The notes under the pieces were generated by a model that saw nothing but the letters and a program-made list of their open reading frames with translations, did not search any database and was not told the DNA's origin. Below are positions 51,483 through 61,029 of a DNA stretch of 64,000 bases, piece by piece; within the stretch, counting starts at the first letter, position 1; each line of letters starts with the position of its first letter. The DNA lies in NCBI GenBank assembly GCA_029838195.1, contig JALGVJ010000016.1, forward strand, positions 29,733 to 93,732, given 5' to 3'. Origin of the DNA: Promethearchaeota archaeon. GTDB taxonomy: Archaea; Asgardarchaeota; Lokiarchaeia; Sigyniarchaeales; SOKP01. Position numbers and translations under genes: made by a program.

Positions 51483-52418
51483 TCAAGATTGCTCGTCCAT
51501 TTTTTCCCAAATCATTTGTTCTTCTTTTTTAATTTCTTTTCTTCGTTTCATTTTATCGATTATGGATAATCTTACATCATGGCGTTTCACATACTGTTCA
51601 TCATATCTTCTTCTCAATTCCTCCATGTTCTTGGAGACGCCTACAATTCTTTTTTCCAACCCTGGTTGGAAAAAATAGTTTTTTTTGAATTTTTTAGCAG
51701 GACCACCATTATAAATCCACCCTGCTTCTAATTCTTGTCCTACAATGGTAGTGGACCACGTGTTTAACACGCAATTTTTTCCAATATGAGTTCCCGGTAA
51801 AACGATGGCATGAGCTCCAATTCTTACGTTATCCTCTATTACGGTTTTTCTGATAATGAGAAAATTTCCAATAATGAGAGCACTCATGACTATGGCTCCT
51901 TGCCCAACCACCACGTTTTTTCCAATTTCCATGAATTCTGTATCAACCCATCCTTCAAAAAGAGAATTCGAAAATTTTGTTTTCACTCCAAACATTTTAA
52001 ATGCTATGTTATCCAAAAAAGGAAAGGGAAATCGATGGCAAATCCAAAAAGGCCATTTTTTAATAACATTTCGAAGGCTCCAATAGCGATAATCTTTATC
52101 GGAAGGATCTCTTAGGAATACTCCTTCTTTAGGGGGATGAATGGCATTTACAATTATTAATAACAACTTAGCAAATACTAAAGCGCTGGCTGCTAACGTG
52201 AGATATAAGAAAAAAATCAAAATCGGCAAATAGATATAAAAATGAACCGGTCGGACTTGATCCCAAAATAGTTGCCAATAAACCCAAAATACTAAAATTG
52301 GAGGTAAGAAACTAAACCAAAGATTTAGAAAATGAAAAATTAAATATCTTTTTTTAACCAGCACGTTAGAAACGAAAGGACCGACTCGTAATGAAGAGGG
52401 AACTGAAATATTTCTCAC
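51483..52418 (-). CDS. Membrane-anchored left-handed beta-helix (hexapeptide) acyltransferase-like protein, paralogue 3
   Basis: Two TM helices, PPKEGVF...YRYWSLR, hexapeptide repeats IGKNVVVG / IEDNVRIG / IGKNCVL, GGPAK. Confidence 0.82.
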   Translation of the reverse strand: MRNISVPSSLRVGPFVSNVLVKKRYLIFHFLNLWFSFLPPILVFWVYWQLFWDQVRPVHFYIYLPILIFFLYLTLAASALVFAKLLLIIVNAIHPPKEGVFLRDPSDKDYRYWSLRNVIKKWPFWICHRFPFPFLDNIAFKMFGVKTKFSNSLFEGWVDTEFMEIGKNVVVGQGAIVMSALIIGNFLIIRKTVIEDNVRIGAHAIVLPGTHIGKNCVLNTWSTTIVGQELEAGWIYNGGPAKKFKKNYFFQPGLEKRIVGVSKNMEELRRRYDEQYVKRHDVRLSIIDKMKRRKEIKKEEQMIWEKMDEQS

Positions 52419-52443
52419 CTTTTTTTATACATGGTAATTTTTT

Positions 52444-53406
52444 TCATGCTAAATCTTTTTTCTCTTGTTCTACATTTACTTCATGTACGACATCCGTGCG
52501 GGCTTCTTCGTCCACGATTATTTTTGCGATGACATCCCTTCTCAATTCGTGCAATTTGTTAGGTTTATATTTTCTCGCAGGAATACCAGAATAAATCCAG
52601 CCCGCTTCTAATAATTGATCATAAGTCGTGATTGAAACAGCGCCTAAAACTGTATCTCTTCCCATGATGGTGCCGGGGGCAATAGTAGAAATCCCACCTA
52701 TAACGATATAATCATCAAAGATCACTTTTTTAATAATGAGGTAATTTCCTACTACCATGGAGCACATTAAAACACTTGCTTGGCCCGCCATGACTTTGCG
52801 GCCAAATTTCATGAATTCTCCATCACACCACGCATCATTTAAATGGCTGGAAAAATTAATTTGAATTCCATACCATTTAAAAGCTAATACATCAATCCAT
52901 GGAATGGGACAATTACGAATGAGCCAAAAAATGAATTTTTTTAACTCCGTTCGCAAGCACCAAAATTCAAAATCATTATCTCCTAATTCTGCTCGAAATA
53001 TTCCTTCTTTTGGTTGATGGATTAAATTCACTAACGTTAGAAATAACTTACCAAAAAAGACTGCCTCTACTATAAAAATGAAATACATGCATAAAAAGGC
53101 AAATGGCAAGAGAAGAATCGTTCCGAGCCAACTTTTCAAATCTTGTTGAATGGGAGGGAGATTTTTCGTCCACTCATACCAAAAAATGGCAACTCCTAAT
53201 CCACAGATCCAAATTAAGGGTAAATACACCGCAAGAAATTTTATATTTACCCGACTAATTGCACTGCTCGTGGTGAAATCGAGGATTACTTCCTCATCTT
53301 CTCCCATGATCTCTTCTCTCTTCTCTTCTTCTTCTCGCAAGGCTTCTTTCTCTGGTTTTTCTTGACTCATTTGGGCCTTCCTCCCGTTATTAACCATTCT
53401 CTCCAT
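52444..53406 (-). CDS. Membrane-anchored left-handed beta-helix acyltransferase-like protein, paralogue 2
   Basis: Two TM helices, QPKEGIF...FEFWCLR, hexapeptide repeats, SGIPAR. Confidence 0.82.
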   Translation of the reverse strand: MERMVNNGRKAQMSQEKPEKEALREEEEKREEIMGEDEEVILDFTTSSAISRVNIKFLAVYLPLIWICGLGVAIFWYEWTKNLPPIQQDLKSWLGTILLLPFAFLCMYFIFIVEAVFFGKLFLTLVNLIHQPKEGIFRAELGDNDFEFWCLRTELKKFIFWLIRNCPIPWIDVLAFKWYGIQINFSSHLNDAWCDGEFMKFGRKVMAGQASVLMCSMVVGNYLIIKKVIFDDYIVIGGISTIAPGTIMGRDTVLGAVSITTYDQLLEAGWIYSGIPARKYKPNKLHELRRDVIAKIIVDEEARTDVVHEVNVEQEKKDLA

Positions 53407-54286
53407 TTCTCTTGATTCTTAATTCTTCTGCTCGAGCTAAATCTTCTTCGGAAATCTTTAAATATTCCATTATTTTCTTTTTAAAGATTTTTCGAAAAGG
53501 CATGCCAAAATAATAATTATTTCCCTTAGTTTCATTGAACTTAGTTCCACACGCCATGGGAAATAAATAAGAATCGCGTTGAATGACACAACCGGGGCCA
53601 AGCGTCGTTCTTGCTGCGCACGTGGAGTTATCTCCAATTTTAATTTCAAAATAAGGAATATTACCAAAAATCCCTTCTACTACATGAGAACTTATACCCG
53701 AGCCCACTCCTAAATAACTATTCTTTCCAATATCTACAAATTTATCCGCTCCAAATTGTTCTTCTATGGTGGCTCCCTTTCCGACTTTATTAGTGCCTAC
53801 AAAATTATATAACCAATTAATTAACCAAGGGAAAATGCCTTTCATGAAGGCATTTTTTGGATATTTAATTAAGAAAGAACGTTTATGATAATATTCGAGT
53901 GTTTTACTCCGAAAATTGCGGGGAATGATGCCATTCTTAGTAGGCATTTTCTTTTCTGTATATCTCCAAAAAATTCGCGTTAATACGGCAATAAAAAATA
54001 ATCGGGTTAAATAACAAGCAATTAAAACCAAAGGGAACGATAGAAGCGTAATAAGATGTACCCCTGTAAAAAGACTAAAAAAATCATTCACGTCTAAAAC
54101 AAGAGGGACAAATAAATATAAAACATAACTCATGAACATTATTCCTGGAAAAAACAAAGCTCCCATATAAATGATAAGAAAGACGGTAACACTCCACGCA
54201 TAATGAACATCTACTTCTTCTCGAATGGGTTCTTTTTCCAATTTTTCTTTCTCTTGTCTATATTGTTCTCGTGGTTTCAGTACCAT
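53390..54286 (-). CDS. Membrane-anchored left-handed beta-helix acyltransferase-like protein, paralogue 1
   Basis: Two TM helices, PTKNGII...YYHKR, WLYNFVGTNKVGKG, IGKNSYLG...SSHVVEG, IGDNS, FGMP. Confidence 0.82.
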   Translation of the reverse strand: MVLKPREQYRQEKEKLEKEPIREEVDVHYAWSVTVFLIIYMGALFFPGIMFMSYVLYLFVPLVLDVNDFFSLFTGVHLITLLSFPLVLIACYLTRLFFIAVLTRIFWRYTEKKMPTKNGIIPRNFRSKTLEYYHKRSFLIKYPKNAFMKGIFPWLINWLYNFVGTNKVGKGATIEEQFGADKFVDIGKNSYLGVGSGISSHVVEGIFGNIPYFEIKIGDNSTCAARTTLGPGCVIQRDSYLFPMACGTKFNETKGNNYYFGMPFRKIFKKKIMEYLKISEEDLARAEELRIKRNGENG

Positions 54287-54703
54287 TTGCGATATTCACA
54301 TTTGGGGTCCATTTTCCTTGTTTAATTTAGTTGAGAAGATAAATGGTGGTTTTTATTTAAAAATAATGAGATCTTGAAGATTCTGAAATGTAAAATAAAA
54401 TTTTGAAAATCATCATGGGGTTAGTATATTAAAATATTTTTTCTTTTAAATATCTTGAAAGTTGTATTAAATACATGAATAAATTAAGTGAGATTAATAA
54501 TTTAAAGAAAAAAGATTTTTACGTTCGAAAAATTAAAGGTTAATGGAGATCTTTCATGTGAAAAAGTAATATTACCCTTTCAACTATTAATAATCTAATA
54601 TGTAACCTTTAAATTTTATAAAACATAAGTTTATTGAATGCTTTTCATGATATCATGCTCATTCGTGAAAAGGTAATAAGAATTAAATGGAAAAGGTGTT
54701 TAA

Positions 54704-56944
54704 ATGACCGACAATTCGTTTTCTTTAGCTGATTTGTATCCAAAATACGTGATTAATTCCAAAGGAGAAAAAGAACCGTTTGATGAGACGAATATTGCCA
54801 AAGTGCTTAATAAAGAAACGGGATTAGATATGAACGTGGCCGTGCAAGTGGCGGAAGATGTTATTCGAAAGATCATTGGTTTGGGAGTAAAAGAAATTAC
54901 CACCAATTATATCAGAGAATTAGTCTGTTTAGAATTAACTCAAAGGGGATTAAATAAATATAGAAATTTGTTTGCTCGTGCGATCAACCTGGAAAATATC
55001 AATTTTACGTTAGATGAAGAGTTTTTGACAAAATACAAGAATAAACAACCTGATTGGGGTCCTATTGGCTATATAACTTATAAAAGAACTTATGCCCGTA
55101 TTATTGAAAAAGAAAATCGCAAAGAAGAATTCTGGGAAACTATAAAACGAGTCGTGGAAGGATGTTATTCCGTTCAAAAAGAACATTGCATGAAATTAAG
55201 CTTGCCATGGGACGAAGAAAAAGCGCAAAAATCTGCTCAACGCATGTTTGAAAAAATATGGAATTTTAAAATGCTCCCTCCTGGAAGAGGCTTATGGATG
55301 ATGGGCACGGAATTCATTGCGCGGCATGGTTCCATGGCTTTAAACAATTGTGGATTTGCATCCACGGAAGATATTAATCTTAAATACACGAAAGCTTTCG
55401 AATTTGTCATGGATGCTCTCATGCTTGGAGTTGGCGTAGGTTTTGATACGAAAGGAGCGGGTAAAATCATAATAAAAAAGCCAAAAGAGGGGCATTTTCA
55501 TTTTCAAATCCCGGATAGCAGGGAAGGATGGGTGGAAGCATTAAAGCTCATGTTAGAAGCATATTTTTTGGGTAAACAAGTGCCAATTTATGATTTTTCA
55601 AAGATACGTCCCGCAGGCGCGCCTATTCGGGGATTTGGAGGGGTAGCTTCTGGTCCGAAACCTTTAAAGAGAATGTTAGAAGATATACAAGAAATATTAG
55701 AGAAAAGAATTGGTCAACCCATTACTTCGGTAGATATTGTTGACATTATGAACCATATTGGAAAATGTGTTGTAGCCGGGAACGTGCGGCGCAGCGCTGA
55801 AATCGCTCTCGGAGATCCTAATGATATCGAATTCTTAACTTGCAAGCAAGATAAAGAGAAATTATATTCCCACCGATGGGCAAGTAACAATAGCGTTTTT
55901 GCTAAAAAAGGAATAGATTATTCCGTTATTGCAAAGCAAATTATTGTAAATGGGGAACCCGGCGTGTTCTGGTTAGATAATGCCAGGCAATATTCTCGCA
56001 TGGGTGATCCGCCCGATTTCAAGGACAACAAGGTAGCTGGCGTGAATCCGTGCGGAGAACAATCGCTTGAAAGCTTTGAATTATGCTGCCTCGTAGAAAC
56101 GTTTCCTTCCCGCCATGACTCTTATGAAGAATTTCAAGAAACCCTCAAGTATGCTTATCTTTATGCTAAAAGTGTCACCTTGGTTAATACCCATTGGAAA
56201 GAAACTAATGCTGTCATGCTAAAAAATAGAAGAATGGGTATCTCCCAAACAGGAATTATCGAAGCAATGGTAAAACACGGAAGGAGAACATTGTTAGAAT
56301 GGTGCGATAAAGCATATAAGTATTTAAGAAAACTTGACGAGGAATATTCCAACTGGTTATGCATACCAAAATCCATAAAGCTCACCACGGTAAAACCTTC
56401 GGGTACCGTGAGCCTCCTTCCGGGAGTCACACCCGGCATTCACTATCCCCATTCGGAATATTACATTCGAAGAGTTCGAATTTCCAAAAATTCTGACCTA
56501 ATTGAACCATTGAAAGAAGCGGGATATAAAATTGAGCCGGATAAATATTCTGACAATTCCTTGGTCGTAGAATTTCCAATTCACGAGAAATATTATGATC
56601 GTTCAAAAGATGATGTTTCGATATGGGAACAAGCAGAAAATGCCGCAGCATATCAAAGATATTGGTCCGATAATCAAGTATCGATTACTATTACGTTTAA
56701 AAAAGAAGAAGCCGATCAAATCCAACATGTCCTAGAATGCTATGAAGATAAATTAAAAAGCGTGAGCTTCTTACCCTTAAAAGATCACGGATATGAACAA
56801 GCTCCCTACGAAAAAATTACTAAAGAGCAGTATGAAAAAATGGTGGCAAAATTAAAACCAATTAATTTATCTCATACAAGCGATAGAGCCATCGGAGAGA
56901 AATTTTGCGATTCAGACATATGTGAGGTTAAATTAGATATTTAA
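54704..56944 (+). CDS. nrdJ: Class II (AdoCbl-dependent) ribonucleotide reductase, monomeric RTPR type, with N-terminal ATP cone
   Basis: VINSKGEKEPFDETNI (ATP cone); GYITYKRTYAR, PPGRGLW, NNC, GNVRRSAEI, NPCGEQ, TTVKPSGT, C-terminal FCDSDIC. Confidence 0.92.
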   Translation: MTDNSFSLADLYPKYVINSKGEKEPFDETNIAKVLNKETGLDMNVAVQVAEDVIRKIIGLGVKEITTNYIRELVCLELTQRGLNKYRNLFARAINLENINFTLDEEFLTKYKNKQPDWGPIGYITYKRTYARIIEKENRKEEFWETIKRVVEGCYSVQKEHCMKLSLPWDEEKAQKSAQRMFEKIWNFKMLPPGRGLWMMGTEFIARHGSMALNNCGFASTEDINLKYTKAFEFVMDALMLGVGVGFDTKGAGKIIIKKPKEGHFHFQIPDSREGWVEALKLMLEAYFLGKQVPIYDFSKIRPAGAPIRGFGGVASGPKPLKRMLEDIQEILEKRIGQPITSVDIVDIMNHIGKCVVAGNVRRSAEIALGDPNDIEFLTCKQDKEKLYSHRWASNNSVFAKKGIDYSVIAKQIIVNGEPGVFWLDNARQYSRMGDPPDFKDNKVAGVNPCGEQSLESFELCCLVETFPSRHDSYEEFQETLKYAYLYAKSVTLVNTHWKETNAVMLKNRRMGISQTGIIEAMVKHGRRTLLEWCDKAYKYLRKLDEEYSNWLCIPKSIKLTTVKPSGTVSLLPGVTPGIHYPHSEYYIRRVRISKNSDLIEPLKEAGYKIEPDKYSDNSLVVEFPIHEKYYDRSKDDVSIWEQAENAAAYQRYWSDNQVSITITFKKEEADQIQHVLECYEDKLKSVSFLPLKDHGYEQAPYEKITKEQYEKMVAKLKPINLSHTSDRAIGEKFCDSDICEVKLDI

Positions 56945-57048
56945 TTTTTTATATTCTTTTACATGCTCTGACGACGAATGTATTAATTATAATGAAACTG
57001 AAAAAGATAATAATACCCGTTTTAAAACCTACCTATTACAACAAGAAG

Positions 57049-57606
57049 TCATGTGATTTCGATATTACGAATCCTTTCAAACAAAACTTCGACCATTTTC
57101 TCAATCGCTAATTCTATGTTTTCGCCCGTTTTTGATGAAATTTCTAAAAATATGGGTAAATTAAACTTTTTACGGGCAGATTCTCCTTGTTCAAAAGATA
57201 TTTTTCTTAGACTTTTTTTATCAATTTTTGTGCCCAATAAAATGATGGGAATATCATTAGTATTGCTTCTAGCAATAGTTAGCCAATCTTCTAGATGATT
57301 GAAAGATTCCTCATTTGTACAATCATAAAGCAAAAAAGCACCATGTGCTCCTAAACAGAATTTAGGTAATAAGCTTCTAAATTTCATCTCTCCTCCAAAA
57401 TCGTAAATGATTAAATTGACTTGGATCCCTTCATATTTAATATTCTTGGAAATTATATCCAAACCAATGGTACGCTTTAAATCTTTAATAAAACTCCCCG
57501 TCATGTAGCGATACGTTAACGTGCTCTTCCCTACTTGCTTTTCTCCAAGCATTAAAATCTTAAATTGATAATGAAGTACATCCATGCTAAAATGTAGATC
57601 TTCCAA
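57049..57606 (-). CDS. Rab-like small GTPase
   Basis: FKILMLGEKQVGKST, TIGLD, YDFGGE.KFRSL, TKID, EISSKTGENI. Confidence 0.92.
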   Translation of the reverse strand: MEDLHFSMDVLHYQFKILMLGEKQVGKSTLTYRYMTGSFIKDLKRTIGLDIISKNIKYEGIQVNLIIYDFGGEMKFRSLLPKFCLGAHGAFLLYDCTNEESFNHLEDWLTIARSNTNDIPIILLGTKIDKKSLRKISFEQGESARKKFNLPIFLEISSKTGENIELAIEKMVEVLFERIRNIEIT

Positions 57607-57876
57607 ATTTATTTTTTAAAAAAAAATACCCTAATCTTATTTATTTTATTTTAACCCTAATATTTACATAAATGAATGAGAAATATTCTCAATTTTAAAT
57701 AATTAGGATATAATATAAATTTAATTAATTAATAAATATATAATTATATTCTTTCAAATTTTATTCAATAAATTGGAAATGTCCTTGTTTAATAATATTT
57801 CGTAAAAAATATATATGTCTATTTTGAATTTATTTTATAAGAACCAATTAATAATGAAAAATAAAAGTGAAATTTC

Positions 57877-58779
57877 ATGGCAAAAACAAAATCGTCTAAA
57901 AAAGAAGAAAAAGCCGGTTCGAAAGAGAAAACTCAATCAAAAAAAAGCACTAGAGCTAAAAAAGGAGATGTTCCAAAAAAACCAAAACCTAAGAGAGTAG
58001 TATATAAACACATAAAAATCAATTTCTGGCGCACAGAACTTCATGGCGAAGAAATCGGAATCCACCAAAAGCTTAAATACCAAGCTAAGACACGATACTT
58101 TTCTAAGGGCTTTGATATCGAAGGAAAAATTGAAATAGATGATGAAGACAAATATGTTCTTGCATTTAATAAAGATGAATGGGAAGAAACCCCAAAAAAT
58201 CAGGATAAACGATTGCTCCTCCGCCTTTTTACCATAATGGAAGAAAAACTAGGTGAGCGAACAGGAGGTAATTTCATCGGAGGATTTGAGCTTTCCATAT
58301 TACATTCCATAGTTCAAAGTTTTGAAGTAAGACATCCCGCACCAGTTTTTTTTGTAAACCTTCCTTACTTAAAAATGCTTCCACGAATCGTGAAAGGACA
58401 TCGATTAATTGGAACGCGCTGGACCTTTCCTCTCCTTCCTGAAAAGAGTGATGATAAGCTCCAAATGGTCGTTTGCAAAGGAAAGGTGGGCATGGGAAAC
58501 GATTATAATGTCTATTTAGGAAAAAAGCTCATAGCTGAAGTGAATCATCAGCGGATTCAAAAGGATGTAGAGATTTATATTTTTGATGAATTTTATGCTA
58601 AAGATAAAACGTTCATCCTGATGATCACGCTTTTTGGGTGTGCATTGAATTTTGTAAAAGAGATTTATAAAATGGTTAAAAAGCACGTTTCTAAAATGGA
58701 AACAACGGGTACCTCTGATTATAAACCGCCAAAACCCGAACTTGATTTATTCTTGAATCCACGAATGGTTAGAAAATAA
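57877..58779 (+). CDS. Protein with Lys-rich N-terminus and Tubby/LURP-one/scramblase-like C-terminal domain
   Basis: GNDYNVYLGKKLIAEVN...DVEIYIFDE...FILMITLFGCALNF follows the LURP-one strand-strand-buried-helix pattern. Confidence 0.55.
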   Translation: MAKTKSSKKEEKAGSKEKTQSKKSTRAKKGDVPKKPKPKRVVYKHIKINFWRTELHGEEIGIHQKLKYQAKTRYFSKGFDIEGKIEIDDEDKYVLAFNKDEWEETPKNQDKRLLLRLFTIMEEKLGERTGGNFIGGFELSILHSIVQSFEVRHPAPVFFVNLPYLKMLPRIVKGHRLIGTRWTFPLLPEKSDDKLQMVVCKGKVGMGNDYNVYLGKKLIAEVNHQRIQKDVEIYIFDEFYAKDKTFILMITLFGCALNFVKEIYKMVKKHVSKMETTGTSDYKPPKPELDLFLNPRMVRK

Positions 58780-58861
58780 TCAATTTAATGGAATATTTTT
58801 TTATGGAGATGCAAATAAAATAAATAAAAAGAAAGTAAAAAGCAAGCAATACTTTTAAAAA

Positions 58862-59647
58862 TTATAAAATCCCTTTTTTCTTTTTCCATTCACGATACCC
58901 TTTTGTCTCTTTCCCTCGATAAGTTGCTCTCTTTCCCGTTTCTTTTCTATAAGCTTTCCTTCTCGTTTTTTCATCAGCAGTTCTTAACCGTTCTATTACA
59001 ATTTCCTCTCTTATCTCTTCTTCTTCCTCAATTGTTTTAATTCGCCTTAAAACCCAGTATACCCAATGATTCCAAATAACAAATGCCAAGAAAACAAATC
59101 CTATTCCCAGCAAGATCATGAGTCCGGTAAATAAAATCCAGTGAACAAATCCAAAATTTTCAATCATCCATTGAGTTAAACTTAGTGCCCAATTTGACAA
59201 GGGTAAAATTGATACGACCACGGAAATCATGGTTACGTAGACACCCAAAAGAGTAACGGCAATTAACCAGCGTAAGACGGTATAATCTTCCCATTTTTTT
59301 GCAATTAAACGATCTTTAAACAAAATCCGGCAAGTTCTCACGATACCTCCACGAAATAGCGCGTAAAATAAAACTAAAAGGACGAGATGGCCTGTAACGA
59401 TGCCTCCAATTAGTGCAACTTGAAGCCCTAAGGCAAGATTCAAATAAAAATCTAAAAATCTCGTATTAAATAAAAGGAGGTCAATGATAGTTCCCCAAAT
59501 TCCAAATATTATGATGATCGTGGCTATAATGACAGCATAATAGAATGCTTGCGCTATTCTGACATCCCAAGTAGAATATTCATCCAATGGGTCATAATCC
59601 CTTTCGGGTTCTGTTCGAGGTTTTCTTCTTTTCGCCATTTTCTTCAC
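58862..59647 (-). CDS. Four-TM membrane protein with basic C-terminal tail
   Basis: Four hydrophobic segments; tail AYRKETGKRATYRGKETKGYREWKK. Confidence 0.75.
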   Translation of the reverse strand: MKKMAKRRKPRTEPERDYDPLDEYSTWDVRIAQAFYYAVIIATIIIIFGIWGTIIDLLLFNTRFLDFYLNLALGLQVALIGGIVTGHLVLLVLFYALFRGGIVRTCRILFKDRLIAKKWEDYTVLRWLIAVTLLGVYVTMISVVVSILPLSNWALSLTQWMIENFGFVHWILFTGLMILLGIGFVFLAFVIWNHWVYWVLRRIKTIEEEEEIREEIVIERLRTADEKTRRKAYRKETGKRATYRGKETKGYREWKKKKGIL

Positions 59648-59801
59648 TTTTGAAAAGCGTGAAATTAATTAAGATTTTTATGTTTATTTTTAATTATATT
59701 TTTTGTTGTTAAGAAGACATTTATTTTAAAGCAATTTAAATCTGAGGATTTTATTGGTCTTAATGATTAAATAGAAATTTAAAGGAAAAATGAAAATTTA
59801 A

Positions 59802-60776
59802 ATGAAAAAAAAAATTTTGGGAATTTTTATTATTATAATTTCAATCACCCTTGGGTGTAGTTTCTATTTTATTTGTTTTTATTCACCCCCCAGCAATTCA
59901 GATACAGATACACCTCCAACGTTCCATGTTGGTGGTTTTAAAGTAAATGATTTTGCCTATCAACTTCAAAACATGGAATTAAATGAAATTTCCACATCTT
60001 TATATGATCTCATCATCATGGATTATTCTTCTGATGGTACGGAACAGAATGAATATACCTCGAGCCAAGTGAAATACATGAAAGAGGGTAATGAAAAAAA
60101 ATTGTTAATCAGTTACATAAGCATTGGTGAGGCGGAAAATTATCGATTTTATTGGAAAGAAGAATGGGATTCAAATGAAGATGGAATTCCCGATGTTAGC
60201 GCTCCAGAATGGTTGGATAACGAAAATCCAGAGTGGGAAGGAAATTATAAAGTGAAATATTGGGATCCTGACTGGCAGAAAATAATCTATGGTACTCCAA
60301 ATAGCTACCTTGATAAAATAATAAGTGCGGGATTTGATGGTTGCTATCTGGATATAATCGATGCTTTTGAATATTATGAAGAGGAAAGGCCAACGGCTCA
60401 ACAAGACATGATAAATTTCGTGATTGCCCTTAGTAATTACGCTAAATCAATAAGGGCTAATTTTTTAATAATTTCCCAAAACGGAGAATCACTCCTCGAA
60501 CATGATGATTATCGTGGAGCTATTGATGGTATCGGGCGAGAGGATGTCTATTTTGATGGTAACATGAAGCGTACTCAAGCAGAAATTGCATATGTGATTG
60601 ATTTCTTGAAATTACTCCTCGCTGAAAATAAACTTGTCATGATTGTCGATTATCCCACTCTTCCTTCAAATGTAAAAAAGTTTTACCATTTAGCGTGGCA
60701 AGATGGTTTTCTGGCTCATGCGCCACCAAGAGATTTAAATGATTTAACTTATTATCCCGATTTTCCTCCCGATTAA
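59802..60776 (+). CDS. Secreted/membrane-anchored glycoside hydrolase, GH114/PelA-like (MJ1477/TM1410 family)
   Basis: N-terminal signal anchor; AYQLQ, YISIGEAENYR.YW, ENPEWEGNYKVKYWDPDW, GFDGCYLDIIDAF, QNG. Confidence 0.85.
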   Translation: MKKKILGIFIIIISITLGCSFYFICFYSPPSNSDTDTPPTFHVGGFKVNDFAYQLQNMELNEISTSLYDLIIMDYSSDGTEQNEYTSSQVKYMKEGNEKKLLISYISIGEAENYRFYWKEEWDSNEDGIPDVSAPEWLDNENPEWEGNYKVKYWDPDWQKIIYGTPNSYLDKIISAGFDGCYLDIIDAFEYYEEERPTAQQDMINFVIALSNYAKSIRANFLIISQNGESLLEHDDYRGAIDGIGREDVYFDGNMKRTQAEIAYVIDFLKLLLAENKLVMIVDYPTLPSNVKKFYHLAWQDGFLAHAPPRDLNDLTYYPDFPPD

Positions 60777-61029
60777 ATGGTATTAAAAAGAAAAATATTA
60801 GAAAAATTCATTCTAATAAGAAATTATAAACATTAAAATATCGATTTTCCTTAAAAAAATTTATTTTAAAACATGAGATCCTTCTCTCTTAATTGAAATT
60901 TTATCCTATTTCAATGGATTGATCATGAGTTGTAGTATAAAGCTTTTATTTTTCGGCATGTTGATAAAGGTAGAAATAAGGAAATTTAGATGAATAAAAA
61001 TCGATTGAGGAAATTCTCATTAGATCATC

